This document shows, piece after piece, positions 31,583 to 41,462 of a stretch of 64,000 nucleotides of DNA. The translations under genes were made by a program, and so were the position numbers. Each line of letters begins with the position of its first letter. Position 1 is the stretch's first letter. The stretch covers positions 2,432,001 through 2,496,000 of the forward strand of contig OZ245365.1 in assembly GCA_965226495.1 (NCBI GenBank), in the 5' to 3' direction. This DNA is from Candidatus Marinacidobacterales bacterium (GTDB lineage: Bacteria > Acidobacteriota > Vicinamibacteria > Marinacidobacterales > DATDRI01). A model generated the notes under the pieces. It was not told where the DNA came from and did no database searches. It worked only from the letters and a program-made list of their open reading frames with translations.

Positions 31583-33064
31583 TCAGAGTGGCCCTTGCTC
31601 CGCAGAACGTTCCGTGCTGTGGGGGTCGTCGGTAGGCGAGAGGGGCGAGCCGCGAAGCATTCCGCATCGGTAGGCCGCCACTATCAACGACCCATAGATG
31701 ATTATCCCCGCGGGAAGCTTTAGAGGCAAGGGGGCGTCTAAGTGGAGAATCGAGATCGCCATGATCAAACTCGCCGCCAAAGATGAAGCAACGACACCCG
31801 CCATGACGGATAAGGGAAAGAGTCGACGATGGGGGAGGAGAGTGACGAGGGCGAGGCTCCATTCGGCGCCGGCGACCGCACCGGCGGCGCCCACCGCGCC
31901 GTATCGTGGAATGAGAACGAGGTCGAGCAGAATACCGACCGTGAGACGGACGGTCATGCAACCCACCAGGTAGCGCATTCGCCCGGAGACGATAAGCAGA
32001 TGGGTCGTCAGGGCGTTCATGAAGACTGCGACCAGGGCGACGGCCAGAAAGGTGAGCGGCCGTGCTGCCTCGGTGAAACCTTCCCCGAAAAGAAAGCCGA
32101 TGATGGGCCCGGCGAGCGCGAAAAGACCGGTGGCCGCGGGTATGGCGACAAGCAGGAGAATCGTCAGCACGAAACGACTCAAGGAAGGGAAGCCCCTCTG
32201 TCCGAAGCGAGCGGCGAGAAGGGGAAAGCTGCCGGCGACGATGCCACCAGAGAGGACGAACATCGCTTCGAAGAGGCGAAAGGCGCTCGCAAATATCCCG
32301 GCATCGGTGGCACCGCGAAGAGCCGCCAGAATCAAAAGATCCGCTCTCAGATAGACGATGGTGATGGCCGCGCTGACGGCGAGAGGTAGGCTCGCCTGGT
32401 AAAGTCCTCTCACTTCCAGCCAATCGGGGCGGAACGAGGTTCGCCTCCAGGCCTTCGCCATCCAAGCGAGCGCCAACCAGAGCCCGGGTGCGGCTCCGAG
32501 GACGAGGGCGAGGGCGATGCCTTCGAGCCCGGCGTTGCCGCGAATGGCGATCAGAGCACCCGCCAGCAGGCCCAGGCGGAGTACGGTGAGGACGATTCCC
32601 TCTCGAGCGATGCGACCACGGCTGCGAAGGATCACCCCGAAGAGCTCGATCCAAGAGACAAGGAGCGACACTGCCAGTAGGAGCCACAGCAATCGGACGT
32701 TCGTCGAGAGAATCGGTGACGCGGAAACAGCCGCGAACCCACCAATGAGTAAAGCCGAGACGAGCGCTTTAGCTGCCACAGCGCTCGCGACGACTCGCGG
32801 CTCCCACGTTTTCGCGAGCGAGCGGAGCGTCACGATGTGCAGTCCCAGATCCGTCACCTGTGCGAGCATCCAGGCGACGTACCAGGCGACCGCGTAGATG
32901 CCGTAACCTTGAGCGCCTAGGTTTCTCGCCAGCAAGATGGAGAGCAGTAGGGTTAACGAGCGGGACGCGACATCCCAGAAGACTTTCCCGATGCTAGCGG
33001 TAAAAGCGTTTCGCAGAAGATTTGATGTATCTGCCTCGCCGGTGCCTGCGGTGGTGTCCGGCAT
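31583..33064 (-). CDS. Wzx/MATE-like oligosaccharide flippase
   Basis: LARNLGAQGYG, DLG, YLRADLLIL and LIPRYGAVGAA motifs; many TM helices. Confidence 0.88.
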   Translation of the reverse strand: MPDTTAGTGEADTSNLLRNAFTASIGKVFWDVASRSLTLLLSILLARNLGAQGYGIYAVAWYVAWMLAQVTDLGLHIVTLRSLAKTWEPRVVASAVAAKALVSALLIGGFAAVSASPILSTNVRLLWLLLAVSLLVSWIELFGVILRSRGRIAREGIVLTVLRLGLLAGALIAIRGNAGLEGIALALVLGAAPGLWLALAWMAKAWRRTSFRPDWLEVRGLYQASLPLAVSAAITIVYLRADLLILAALRGATDAGIFASAFRLFEAMFVLSGGIVAGSFPLLAARFGQRGFPSLSRFVLTILLLVAIPAATGLFALAGPIIGFLFGEGFTEAARPLTFLAVALVAVFMNALTTHLLIVSGRMRYLVGCMTVRLTVGILLDLVLIPRYGAVGAAGAVAGAEWSLALVTLLPHRRLFPLSVMAGVVASSLAASLIMAISILHLDAPLPLKLPAGIIIYGSLIVAAYRCGMLRGSPLSPTDDPHSTERSAEQGPL

Positions 33065-33117
33065 CTTGGTGCTTCGGAGAGGGAAGTGCCAACTTGCCTG
33101 CCTCATCGAGCCGCGGG

Positions 33118-34581
33118 TTAGGCCGCCCGAAGAGCCGGGTTTTCTCGACGGGATAGGACCTTCAAGCGCAAACGTCCGGTGGCGAGCCCCAGGGCGTGCC
33201 GCACGACCCTCAGCAAGCTCGCCGGACTACGACAGTTGGCTAGCTCTTTCCTCAAGCGGAACTCGCGGTGCATGACCGAGTACAGCGTAGGATAGAACTC
33301 CGGCACATAGGTGCCGCGAAACATTAGCTCGAGGTCGTCGCTATGGGACCAGTTGGTCTTTGCCCCCAGCTCCTCCTTAACGCGATCGTAGAACGGGGTA
33401 CCCGGAAGAGGATAGCTGATGGAGATCCCGATATCGTCGGGACGAGCCTCCCGCACCAAATCGAGCGTCTTTTCGATATCGGACCAGTCCTCACCCGGGT
33501 AGCCAAATTGCAGGAAGTAACAAATGCGGATGCCCCGGGCACGCAGCAGTCGCGTGGCTTGGAAGATCTGCTCGACGCTGGTGCCCTTTTCCATGGCGTC
33601 TAGAATTTTTTGGGAACCGCTTTCCGCACCGACCCAAACGCTCTCGCACCCGGCGCTTGCCAGAGCCCGCGCCGTTTTCTCGTTGATGAGATCCACCCGG
33701 GCCTGGATCTTGAACGGCGTCGCGCAATCGAGCGCCTCGACTTCGGAGGCGAACTCCTCCACCCATTTGGGATGGAGACCGAAGATGTCGTCAGCGAACC
33801 AAATTTGATCCGGCTTGACCTCGCGCTTCAGCCACGCCATCTCTTGCGCGACGTTCGCGGGCGATCGCATGTTGTAGCGTTGTCCGTAAATGGGCTTCGC
33901 GCACCAGTTGCAGTGGTACGGGCAGCCCCTGGTGGTCACCATGCTGACGGAGAAATAATCGTGTCGTTTCAGCCAGGCGCGACGGTACCGAGTAACGTCC
34001 ACCAGATCCCAGGCGGGGAAGGGAAGTGCGTCCAGGGTCTTGATGAAACCCCGCGCTGGAGTTTTCAGAATACCGCCGTCCCGACCGAGAAAGGCGAGTC
34101 CGTGGACCTGGTTGATTCCCGTCGTTTTGCCACCATTCGCGAGCTCGCTCGCCAGCTCGGCCAAGGTTTCTTCCCCCTCTCCCAAAAGGGCGAAATCGAT
34201 ATGGGCGCCGAGGTATTGTTCAAGATGATCGGTGGCGTCGGAGCCGTTCACCACCACCCAAGCCCCTGCCTTCTTGGCCAAACGCGCCTTTTCCAGTGCG
34301 GCTTCGCGCATGTTGGTGAGGCACATCTTCGAGAGATAGTTGAAGTTGTCTTCGTAGATGGCAACGAGATCGGGACGGAACCGCTCGAGATCCGACTGGT
34401 ACTCGCGGTGGCCGGAGGCCAGCATCGAATCCGAGAGAAACACCTCGTGCCCGGATTCGCGGAGGAAAGACGCCGCGTAGAGGGTCCCCAAAGGCGGGTA
34501 AGGCTCTAGAATCTTCGCTTGTTTCGGGTCGAGCTCGAGCTGATAGGCCGGCGAGAAGAGGACCCTCATGCTAAATGCCAT
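33118..34581 (-). CDS. cobalamin-binding radical SAM protein
   Basis: PPLGTLYAA, GEGEET, RGCPYHCNWC, DDIF and GAESGS motifs; start 34581 or 34569. Confidence 0.92.
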   Translation of the reverse strand: MAFSMRVLFSPAYQLELDPKQAKILEPYPPLGTLYAASFLRESGHEVFLSDSMLASGHREYQSDLERFRPDLVAIYEDNFNYLSKMCLTNMREAALEKARLAKKAGAWVVVNGSDATDHLEQYLGAHIDFALLGEGEETLAELASELANGGKTTGINQVHGLAFLGRDGGILKTPARGFIKTLDALPFPAWDLVDVTRYRRAWLKRHDYFSVSMVTTRGCPYHCNWCAKPIYGQRYNMRSPANVAQEMAWLKREVKPDQIWFADDIFGLHPKWVEEFASEVEALDCATPFKIQARVDLINEKTARALASAGCESVWVGAESGSQKILDAMEKGTSVEQIFQATRLLRARGIRICYFLQFGYPGEDWSDIEKTLDLVREARPDDIGISISYPLPGTPFYDRVKEELGAKTNWSHSDDLELMFRGTYVPEFYPTLYSVMHREFRLRKELANCRSPASLLRVVRHALGLATGRLRLKVLSRRENPALRAA

Positions 34582-34858
34582 AGTATCACGCGGTTCACGT
34601 GGCCCGCCGTGAGCCCAGGGAGCTCCGTGGTCCCATGCCAGATACGCCCCTTGCCATATATAATGATGAGCGAGGGGAGACCACACCCTACGGTCTTCTT
34701 TAAGAGCCGATGATTCTCCCATCCCAGCGCTTAGAATGCCCTAGCCATGGGCGGCGCGCTGTTAGGTCCTTGACAGTGCTTGCACCGGCACTTTGCTAAC
34801 GTCGACCCGGATTTCAACAGCGCGAGGCACGGCGCGATTTCGGAGGAGGGTTGGATAC

Positions 34859-35767
34859 ATGAGTTCAAAGATTGCGAGGGCACTGTTCGGGGCCATTACG
34901 GCTCTCATCTTGAGCGTCGGGCCCGCGGCAGCCCAAGACATCATCGAGGGATCCGAAGAGCTGCGTTTCGACCGCACCGAAGCCTGGGCCATGAAGTACT
35001 TTGCCTCAGTCGGCATATTTACAGGCTTTGGCGTTCCCCCGGCACTAGAACCGGGCGCCATTGTGCTCGGGTTCGAGGGCGGCTGGATTCCTTCGGTGAG
35101 CGACGACAAGCGTCGTGTCGGTTTCAACGGGACGAAACTAGAGGATCTCAATAAATTGTCGTTCTTCGGCCGACTTCGCGTAACCATTGGTTTGCCCAGC
35201 AACACGTCCGTAACTCTGGGTTACGTTCCGCCGGTGAAATTGGGAGGCATCAAGCCCAATCTATTCGCTGCGGACGTGGGCCGCCCCTTCGCGTTGTCGG
35301 GAAACTGGCGACTGGGACTCCGTGGCTACGGCCAGTTCGGCACCATCGAGGGTGATTTCACGTGCGACAAGGACACCGTGGAAGCGGGTCCGGACCCGGA
35401 GCGCAATCCCTTCTTTTGTGAGCAGGTGTCGAATGACGATTACAAGCAGCGCGTGCTCGGAGGGGAGGTGACTTTGGGGTACGCAAGCGGGGGTTGGGCG
35501 CCCTACTTCGGGTTGGGCGTCAATTATCTCGACTTGGAGTTCGAGGTGAACGCTCAATACTCCGGGTTCATCGACCGAAGCTCGCTCCTCACCGACGGAG
35601 TGACTTATTCGCTGACCTCCGGCGTGAAGTATTCCTTCGCTCAAAAATGGGAGATCGCGGGAGAGGTCTTCTACACCTGGCTTGGCGTGACACGTCCCCC
35701 GAACACCGCGAGCCAGAACGATGGACTCTTCAACGTGCGCGGCCTCGTCACGTACCGCTTACGCTAG
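34859..35767 (+). CDS. exported outer-membrane beta-barrel-like protein
   Basis: GGAGGAGG RBS; signal peptide ending AAAQ; alternating aromatic beta strands; ends VTYRLR. Confidence 0.7.
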   Translation: MSSKIARALFGAITALILSVGPAAAQDIIEGSEELRFDRTEAWAMKYFASVGIFTGFGVPPALEPGAIVLGFEGGWIPSVSDDKRRVGFNGTKLEDLNKLSFFGRLRVTIGLPSNTSVTLGYVPPVKLGGIKPNLFAADVGRPFALSGNWRLGLRGYGQFGTIEGDFTCDKDTVEAGPDPERNPFFCEQVSNDDYKQRVLGGEVTLGYASGGWAPYFGLGVNYLDLEFEVNAQYSGFIDRSSLLTDGVTYSLTSGVKYSFAQKWEIAGEVFYTWLGVTRPPNTASQNDGLFNVRGLVTYRLR

Positions 35768-35901
35768 TCGCGGGGGAGAGCGTAAGTCGCCTTAACACGG
35801 TTTCCGCTCTTCGACGGAATCGCACTGCCGCCTTGCGGTTGTCGCAACGAATGTAGTCGAGCGCCCACGTCCCAAGGCGACCAGAGCAGAGCCGCCCCCA
35901 T

Positions 35902-36236
35902 TCACGAATCGAGGGCGAAACTCAGTGCCTCGCAGGTCCGATCGAGTTTCTCTCGCGTCAAGGTCGTGATGAGGGATCCGATTTTGCCATTCGCCACAGT
36001 CTGGACGTGGTCGAGGTTGACCGCGCAGTCGCGGGCCATGCCGTCTTTCTGTGTCAGGAACACCTCCGAGGGAATGTCCCGAACGGAATGTCCCGAACGG
36101 CGGAGGTGATTGGCGCAATGGTAACCTCCCCGAGGAAATCCAGCGCCGAATCGCGGGTGAGGACCAGGACCGGTCGCTTCTTGTCAGGTCTCCGAAACTT
36201 GTACCATCGAACCTCGCCGCGCCTCAGTCGGGCCAT
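35902..36236 (-). pseudogene. mazF: MazF/PemK toxin, frameshifted by a 14-bp tandem duplication
   Basis: RGEVRW..KRPVLVL..APIT..NLDHVQTV; ggaatgtcccgaac twice at 36071-36098; removing one copy restores a 106-aa frame. Confidence 0.88.
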
Positions 36237-36454
36237 ACCTGCTCGCCCTCCCAGACGTCGAACTCCTGCGGCTTAACGGGATGGCGTTGGTAGCCGGCGT
36301 GATGTTGTTCCTCCAGCTCCCGCTCCCGGAGCCGCGTTAGCGCCAGACGGAGAGCTTTTCGTGCAAAGCCTGATCGTGTTGTGCCGAGCCGCTTGGCTGC
36401 CTCATCCACAGCCTGGACAAGTTCTTCATCGAGAGTCATTTGGACCGTTTTCAC
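36224..36454 (-). CDS. ribbon-helix-helix (CopG) antitoxin
   Basis: MKTVQMTLDEELVQAVD..TRSGFAR; overlaps the toxin gene. Confidence 0.85.
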   Translation of the reverse strand: MKTVQMTLDEELVQAVDEAAKRLGTTRSGFARKALRLALTRLRERELEEQHHAGYQRHPVKPQEFDVWEGEQVWPD

Positions 36455-36472
36455 CTGGCGCCCTCTCTGGAG

Positions 36473-36490
36473 TAGCTATCCCGATAGCTA
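36473..36490. promoter_or_regulatory. palindromic operator upstream of TA pair 1
   Basis: TAGCTATC-CC-GATAGCTA perfect inverted repeat 19 bp upstream of the antitoxin start. Confidence 0.55.
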
Positions 36491-36565
36491 GTATAACCAA
36501 CATCGTGGTCCACATCAACCGTGAAGACTGACCCCGCAGACGAGTTTCCCTCAAAAGAGCGTTGG

Positions 36566-36919
36566 CTAGCAGTGTTCGGGCTCGATATCGAAGATCAGGG
36601 CGATGGCCTTCTTGACGCGGTCTAGCTCTTCACCACTCAGGGTTCCGAGTTTCTTGATGAAGCAGCCATGGCTGAGGGCTCTGATTTGAAAACAATCTAC
36701 CGCGGACTTCTTCCTAAGGCCGTGTCTTGGCCCGGGCGTTATGGTGAGAAAGAAGGGATTCTTCTCCCAGCGTTGCCTCCATGCGGTTACCGGCACGACG
36801 ATAGCCAGAGGAAGGTTCTTCGCGTGACCGGGATTGAGTATGACCACCGGCCGAGATTTCTGGATCTCATCCCCAATCGTTGGGTCGAGATTTGCCTGGT
36901 ATAGGTCACCGGTCCTCAA
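36566..36919 (-). CDS. mazF: MazF/PemK family toxin
   Basis: GDLY..LDPTIGDEIQKSRPVVI..VVPVT..DCFQIRAL. Confidence 0.9.
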   Translation of the reverse strand: MRTGDLYQANLDPTIGDEIQKSRPVVILNPGHAKNLPLAIVVPVTAWRQRWEKNPFFLTITPGPRHGLRKKSAVDCFQIRALSHGCFIKKLGTLSGEELDRVKKAIALIFDIEPEHC

Positions 36920-37145
36920 ACGGTTCTCCCGCTATGGACTCAAAGACGTCCTCGTGACCCTCCGCGTAGCCTTCCATCGCCTTCTGTCGCTCGAGCTCAC
37001 GGAGCTTTCTCTTGTCGGCCCGGATCTTCTCGCGGATCGCTGCACGCATGTACTCGCTCTTGCTCCCATACTCGAGGGTTTCACAGACCCTATCGATGAA
37101 CTCGAGATCTTCCGGCTCCAGCTGCACCTTCTGTGTGAGTTTCAT
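36906..37145 (-). CDS. RHH-type antitoxin
   Basis: SKSEYMRAAIR motif; overlaps the mazF start; ATG at 37145. Confidence 0.75.
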   Translation of the reverse strand: MKLTQKVQLEPEDLEFIDRVCETLEYGSKSEYMRAAIREKIRADKRKLRELERQKAMEGYAEGHEDVFESIAGEPFEDR

Positions 37146-37169
37146 GGCTTTAAAAGAATAGCACAGATA

Positions 37170-37188
37170 GGGCCTAATTACTAGGCCC
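37170..37188. promoter_or_regulatory. palindromic operator upstream of TA pair 2
   Basis: GGGCCTA-ATTAC-TAGGCCC inverted repeat upstream of the antitoxin. Confidence 0.5.
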
Positions 37189-37289
37189 ACTAATGTGTAC
37201 TTTTATTGGGACGATCAAATTGGCCCGATCGCCGCGCGGGTTTGCCTGGCGGTCTATTTAAACGGACTTCGAAGCACGATGCTGACGAC

Positions 37290-37508
37290 TATTGTGAAGC
37301 GCTACGTGGTATTGAACGAGCTGAAGACCGAGGGGTTATTCTAGACTACGCCCTCGGCGGCGCGGTGGCCGCGCTTTTCTACATTGAGCCGATCGAAACC
37401 CACGACCTGGACGTCTTCATCTCCCTGCCACAAATACGCAATAGCAAGGGGTACGTGCCAGATCAAAACCACGTCGTTGTCGAGGGAGTTCCTGGAAGAC
37501 CCTCGTAG
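37290..37508 (+). pseudogene. nucleotidyltransferase-like protein remnant
   Basis: GVILDYALGGAVA..PIETHDLDVF (GG..DxD); truncated and colliding with the parE remnant. Confidence 0.55.
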
Positions 37509-37678
37509 ACTTCATCGTAGAGTCGCCCTAGCTCAGGCTTCTTGGCAAGCCTGTTGAAGGCGCGATTGAGAGCGCGTACGTACGTCTGAGCTTGCTCGAG
37601 GCCCCAAGTTTCCGCCGTGTAAGCCCAAATGCCGTCTAGGTCGGCGCGGGCCTTCGGCCGGAGAGCGAAATTAAGCAC
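37463..37678 (-). pseudogene. parE: ParE toxin, 3'-truncated
   Basis: ARADLDGIWAYTAETWGLEQAQTY..PELGR; similarity ends after YEGL. Confidence 0.8.
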
Positions 37679-37921
37679 GCTTTCGGTCGAGCGTTTTGTC
37701 CGCGATGAATGCCTCTACGTCGAACGGTTCCGCCGGGCCACTTTCCAAGCCTTCTTCGATCGCGGCCCGCAGCGCCGTTAGTTTAGCCTCGCGTTCCTCA
37801 AGGAGCCGCAGCCCGGCCCGGACGACTTCGCTCGCGTTGCCGTAACGTCCCTTGGAAAGAGCTGTTCCTCCAGGAACTCGGCGAAGTGTTCGCCAAGCGC
37901 GATACTCGTGTTCTTCCCCAC
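37671..37921 (-). pseudogene. parD: ParD antitoxin, +2 frameshift
   Basis: MGKNTSIALGEHFAEFLEEQ then, in another frame, SKGRYGNASEVVRAGLRLLE..EGLESG. Confidence 0.85.
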
Positions 37922-38135
37922 GTGATTCCCCCCGCTCTGTACCAATAGATACTGTCTCTTGGTAGTCTCGAAAGTTCAATTCCCGGCAAATCGGTCTCCT
38001 TGGCGCGAATGACGCAACCCCATCCCTAAGGAAGCGTGGTTCCCGTGCAGAAGCCGCAGGCGTGTGTCTTCGCGACAGCGTATTTAACATAATACATCTT
38101 ATCGGACCTTGGATTGTAGGGCGCAATATGCAAAA

Positions 38136-38460
38136 TGTCGGGTTTTCGCAACTTAGAAATGTCGGTTTTCAGGCATCCTTGTCGGGCCTGAGGCCGACAT
38201 GGGAGGATGCGAGGACCCTGACCATGAGCGTGAAGGAGCTGGATCGGGTTGAGTTATTGCGCCGAGTGATCGGGAGACGGACGACGCAGTGGCAAGGGGC
38301 TGCTCAACTTGGGCTTAGCCTCCGCCAGTTGAAGGATTGTGCCGGGCGTTGCGCCGGCAAGGAGCCTCCGGGCTGGTGTCGCGTAAGCGTGGGTGTCCCA
38401 GCAACCGAAAGCTTCCGGCGGGACTTCGCGAACATGTGCTGAGCCTGGTCCGGCTCACAC
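38136..38460 (+). mobile_element. ISNCY-like transposase 5' remnant with its left end
   Basis: MSVKELDR..AAQLGLSLRQ..GLVSRKRG.PSNR (frameshifted); repeated aatgtcgg(g)tttt end motifs upstream. Confidence 0.65.
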
Positions 38461-38553
38461 TGACCTCCCCTTGAAGCGACTGACGGAGAAAGTGCTTCTA
38501 TTGCGAGCGGACCTGGATTGGTCTACTCCACCGGACCGGGGTAGTGCCCTGGA

Positions 38554-38720
38554 CTATGGTTGCGACGGACTCGGAGGAACCCGGAGGGGCGTGAATTCTT
38601 TAAGAAGAGTCCCGGGAGGGCGGACGTCGCGGAGAAGGTGTTCCGATCGCAAGCGAACCAGCGTATCGCCTCCGGCCGATTCCAAGTAATAGACGTCCTT
38701 CGGATCGACCGGCACTTGGT
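38554..38720 (-). pseudogene. LytTR DNA-binding domain remnant
   Basis: VDPKDVYYLESAGGDTLVRLRS. Confidence 0.55.
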
Positions 38721-38739
38721 GGAACTCAGAGACGCTTAG

Positions 38740-39020
38740 GGCCTCATCCCGCCAATAACGATACCCCAACCTCAAATTGACAAGCTGATCGAATGGTCTG
38801 TATTCTGTTTGTAACTCTAAATACTTCCACAATCCATGAAAACCACGACTGACGGGAACGTGGACGTTAAGCGTCCTGACGAAGTCGAACTGCTCCGCGA
38901 GGCCCTGAACGACCTGTCGGACCTGCCAAATGGCTTGGCATCCGGCCTGCTGGATCTTCTCAACAAGAAGGACGACAAACATCGCGCCGCGTCAATACGT
39001 GAGTTGATCGAGGAGTTCGC
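38740..39020 (+). repeat. diverged direct repeat, copy 1 (promoter plus small ORF)
   Basis: aligns with 46128-46408; the encoded proteins are 55/63 identical. Confidence 0.9.
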
Positions 39021-39114
39021 CAGGCGCATTTCGAGTACTCCGTTCTCCTTTGGCTTCGCCACCGGGCGCCAATCTTCCCGGTCGTGCTCTATCTCCAAGG
39101 CGGAGAAGGCCTGA
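38836..39114 (+). CDS. paralog of the 64-aa protein at 46224 with a read-through tail
   Basis: first 63 aa match 46224..46418; the tail comes from an unrelated Rpn-like fragment in another frame. Confidence 0.6.
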   Translation: MKTTTDGNVDVKRPDEVELLREALNDLSDLPNGLASGLLDLLNKKDDKHRAASIRELIEEFARRISSTPFSFGFATGRQSSRSCSISKAEKA

Positions 39115-39240
39115 CAGACGAAGAGTACCAAGTGAGTCTCTTCGGACGGGAGCTCTTCCGGTTTCGTTATGCCAGCGTGGGGCTGGCACATCTTCTGGCT
39201 GAGGAGTATCTTGAAAGCGGACCCCTCGGGGTGGCACTCT
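39027..39240 (+). pseudogene. Rpn/YhgA-like PD-(D/E)xK protein internal fragment
   Basis: FEYSVLLWLRHRAPIFPVVLYLQGG..FGRELFRFRYASVGL; cut by IS3. Confidence 0.6.
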
Positions 39241-40618
39241 TGTTCTAGTTCAGTTGAAACGTGACACCAACCGGCTCCAAGATAAGGAGCCCAGAGGAGT
39301 CACAGATGAGCCATCAAACCCGCCGAAAGTTCAGCGCCGAGGAAAAGGCCGCGTTGCTGCGCCAGCACCTTGTGGACAAGAAGCCCGTGTCGGACGTGTG
39401 CGACGAGCACGGCATCCAGCCGAGCGTGTTCTACAACGGGCAGGAGGAAAGGCTCGCGCGCGAGATCGAATCGTTGAGGGCAAAGCTCGCGAAGAAGGAC
39501 AACGTGATCGCGGAGGTGTCGGAAGAGTTTGTACGCCTAAAAAAAGAACTTGGGGAGCCCTGACGGGTCGCTGGGTCCCCCCCGATACCCGAGACGAGGT
39601 CGTGGACTTCGTGACGAAGTGGTCGGCTACAACCGAGCTGCCGGCGACGCGGTTCGCAGCGTGGTTGGGTGTCGCCCGTGGAAAATACTACGCGTGGAAA
39701 GACCACTACGGCCGCGCCCACGAGCATAACGGCAAGATTCCGCGAGATCACTGGATCGAAGCGCGGGAGCGAGAGGCGATCCTCGACTACTTCGATGCCC
39801 ATCCCCTCGACGGCTATCGTCGCCTAAGCTTCATGATGCTCGACGAGGATGTCGTCGCCGTGAGCCCGTCGACGGCGTTCCGGACGCTGCGGGACGCGGG
39901 CCGTCTCGATCGCTTCAATGGTCGGCCATCGAAGAAGGGTAGCGGATTCGTGCAGCCTGACGGGGCTCACAAGCACTGGCATATCGACATCTCGTACCTC
40001 AACCTCGCCGGGACCTTCTACTATCTGTGCTCGATTCTCGACGGCTACAGCCGTTTCATTGTCCATTGGGAAATCCGCGAGTCGATGAAGGAGTCCGAAG
40101 TCGAGACCATCCTGCAGCGAGCACGCGAGAAGTTTCCCGATGCTCGCCCTCGCATCATCAGCGACAACGGACCGCAGTTCATCGCTCGCGACTTCAAGGC
40201 GTTCATTCGACTCTCAGGCATGACCCACGTTCGAACCGCACCCTACTACCCGCAGTCCAACGGCAAGATCGAGGCGTGGCACAAGACGCTCAAAACCACG
40301 ACCATCCGGCCCAATGCTCCAGCGTCCGTCGACGACGCCCGTCGCCTCGTCGCGTCCTTCGTCACCTACTACAACGACAAGCGTCTTCACAGCGCCACAG
40401 GCTACATCGCACCCGCCGACAAGCTCGCTGGCCGAGAACACATCATCTGGACCCAACGCGATGCTAAGCTCGAGGCGGCTCGCGAGCTTCGACGTCAACG
40501 CCGCGCTCAACTCCGGGAGATACCAGCGTGATCGTCCGTTTCAACAGCCTCAGTCCAACACGTGTTCGACTGCGTTATCCTGCTAACCGCAATGTCGCGT
40601 TCCCGCTGAACCAATACA
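39241..40618 (+). mobile_element. IS3-family element (orfA internally deleted, orfB intact)
   Basis: 26-bp imperfect TG..CA inverted repeats; A7G slippery site at 39539; DDE motifs WHIDI, SDNGPQF, NGKIE; no target-site duplication seen. Confidence 0.92.
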
Positions 40619-41452
40619 CTGTGGGGACGACACCGTTGGGAATTGTGGTAGCCGCTTCGAGGTAGTCTTCGTGTACTGCCAGGCTGAGGTGGGGATAGCT
40701 CGTAAACGAGCCACGTTTTGGCCGGTCAGCCAGCGATAGAAAGTCCCAAACTCCCCTTTCACCGCGACCCGTGATCGCGCTGCGCCCCGGAGCGACAGGG
40801 TCAACACCTAAGCTCTTGAGCGACTTGTCCTTCCGAAATTCCCCCATTGCGAGGTTGAGCAGCCGCTTGCCCTCCCCGTAGGTATATGGGTTGTCGGCTG
40901 AGAACTGGAATCCGTCGAACATGGTTAACGTTCCTTCCGTTAGATACTGCTCGCGAGCCAAACGCACCTCGGCGGCTGAAGATAAGCCCGCAGCCGTTCG
41001 CCCCACTCGCTCCGCGTGGTGTCTTTTCCAAGCCATTCGTACAACCCAGACCAAGTCAGGTGGATTGCTCGCTTGACGCGCACATCAGCCTTGGTGAGAA
41101 CTACTCGTGTAACTCGGTCAAACCCGCGGCGGCGCAGGGTCTGCTCGTGACGTGCAAGCTGGTCTTCGGTCAGGGGCGCCTGAACCTCGCTCTCGATCAG
41201 TAGGCACCACGCAGCTCCGTCATGGATGACGATATCCGGCAATCCCTTACGCTCGACCTCTTCCTCGGGTTCGGGTGGGTCGCCGGGGAGGCTTTGCTCA
41301 TCGATCAGTAGCTTCCCGTCGCGACCTGGCGGCTTCACGCCAATCCACGCGAGAAACCCTCCGAGGAGTGCTCGATCCTCGTGCAAAGAGACCGCCAGAG
41401 CATGGCTTAGCCGATTCTCAGGCTGGTTGTATTGGTCGAATAGGTTTCGCAT
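40619..41452 (-). pseudogene. PD-(D/E)xK nuclease-like protein, frameshifted and truncated by IS3
   Basis: ENRLSHAL..LPDIVI..LLIESEV; frame change near 40975; 3' end cut at the IS end. Confidence 0.55.
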
Positions 41453-41462
41453 CTTCGGAGAT

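Noticed and set aside
19627-34581. B12 radical SAMs as hopanoid methylases or BchE
   Set aside because: No shc/hpn or bch genes are nearby, and the motifs alone do not support those specific names.
35902-37921. integron cassette array carrying the TA genes
   Set aside because: No attC-like RYYYAAC..GTTRRRY structures or integron integrase could be identified.
39254-40531. single 425-aa transposase gene
   Set aside because: The N-terminal part is the -1 frame of IS3 orfA; the real product needs orfA plus frameshifting at A7G.
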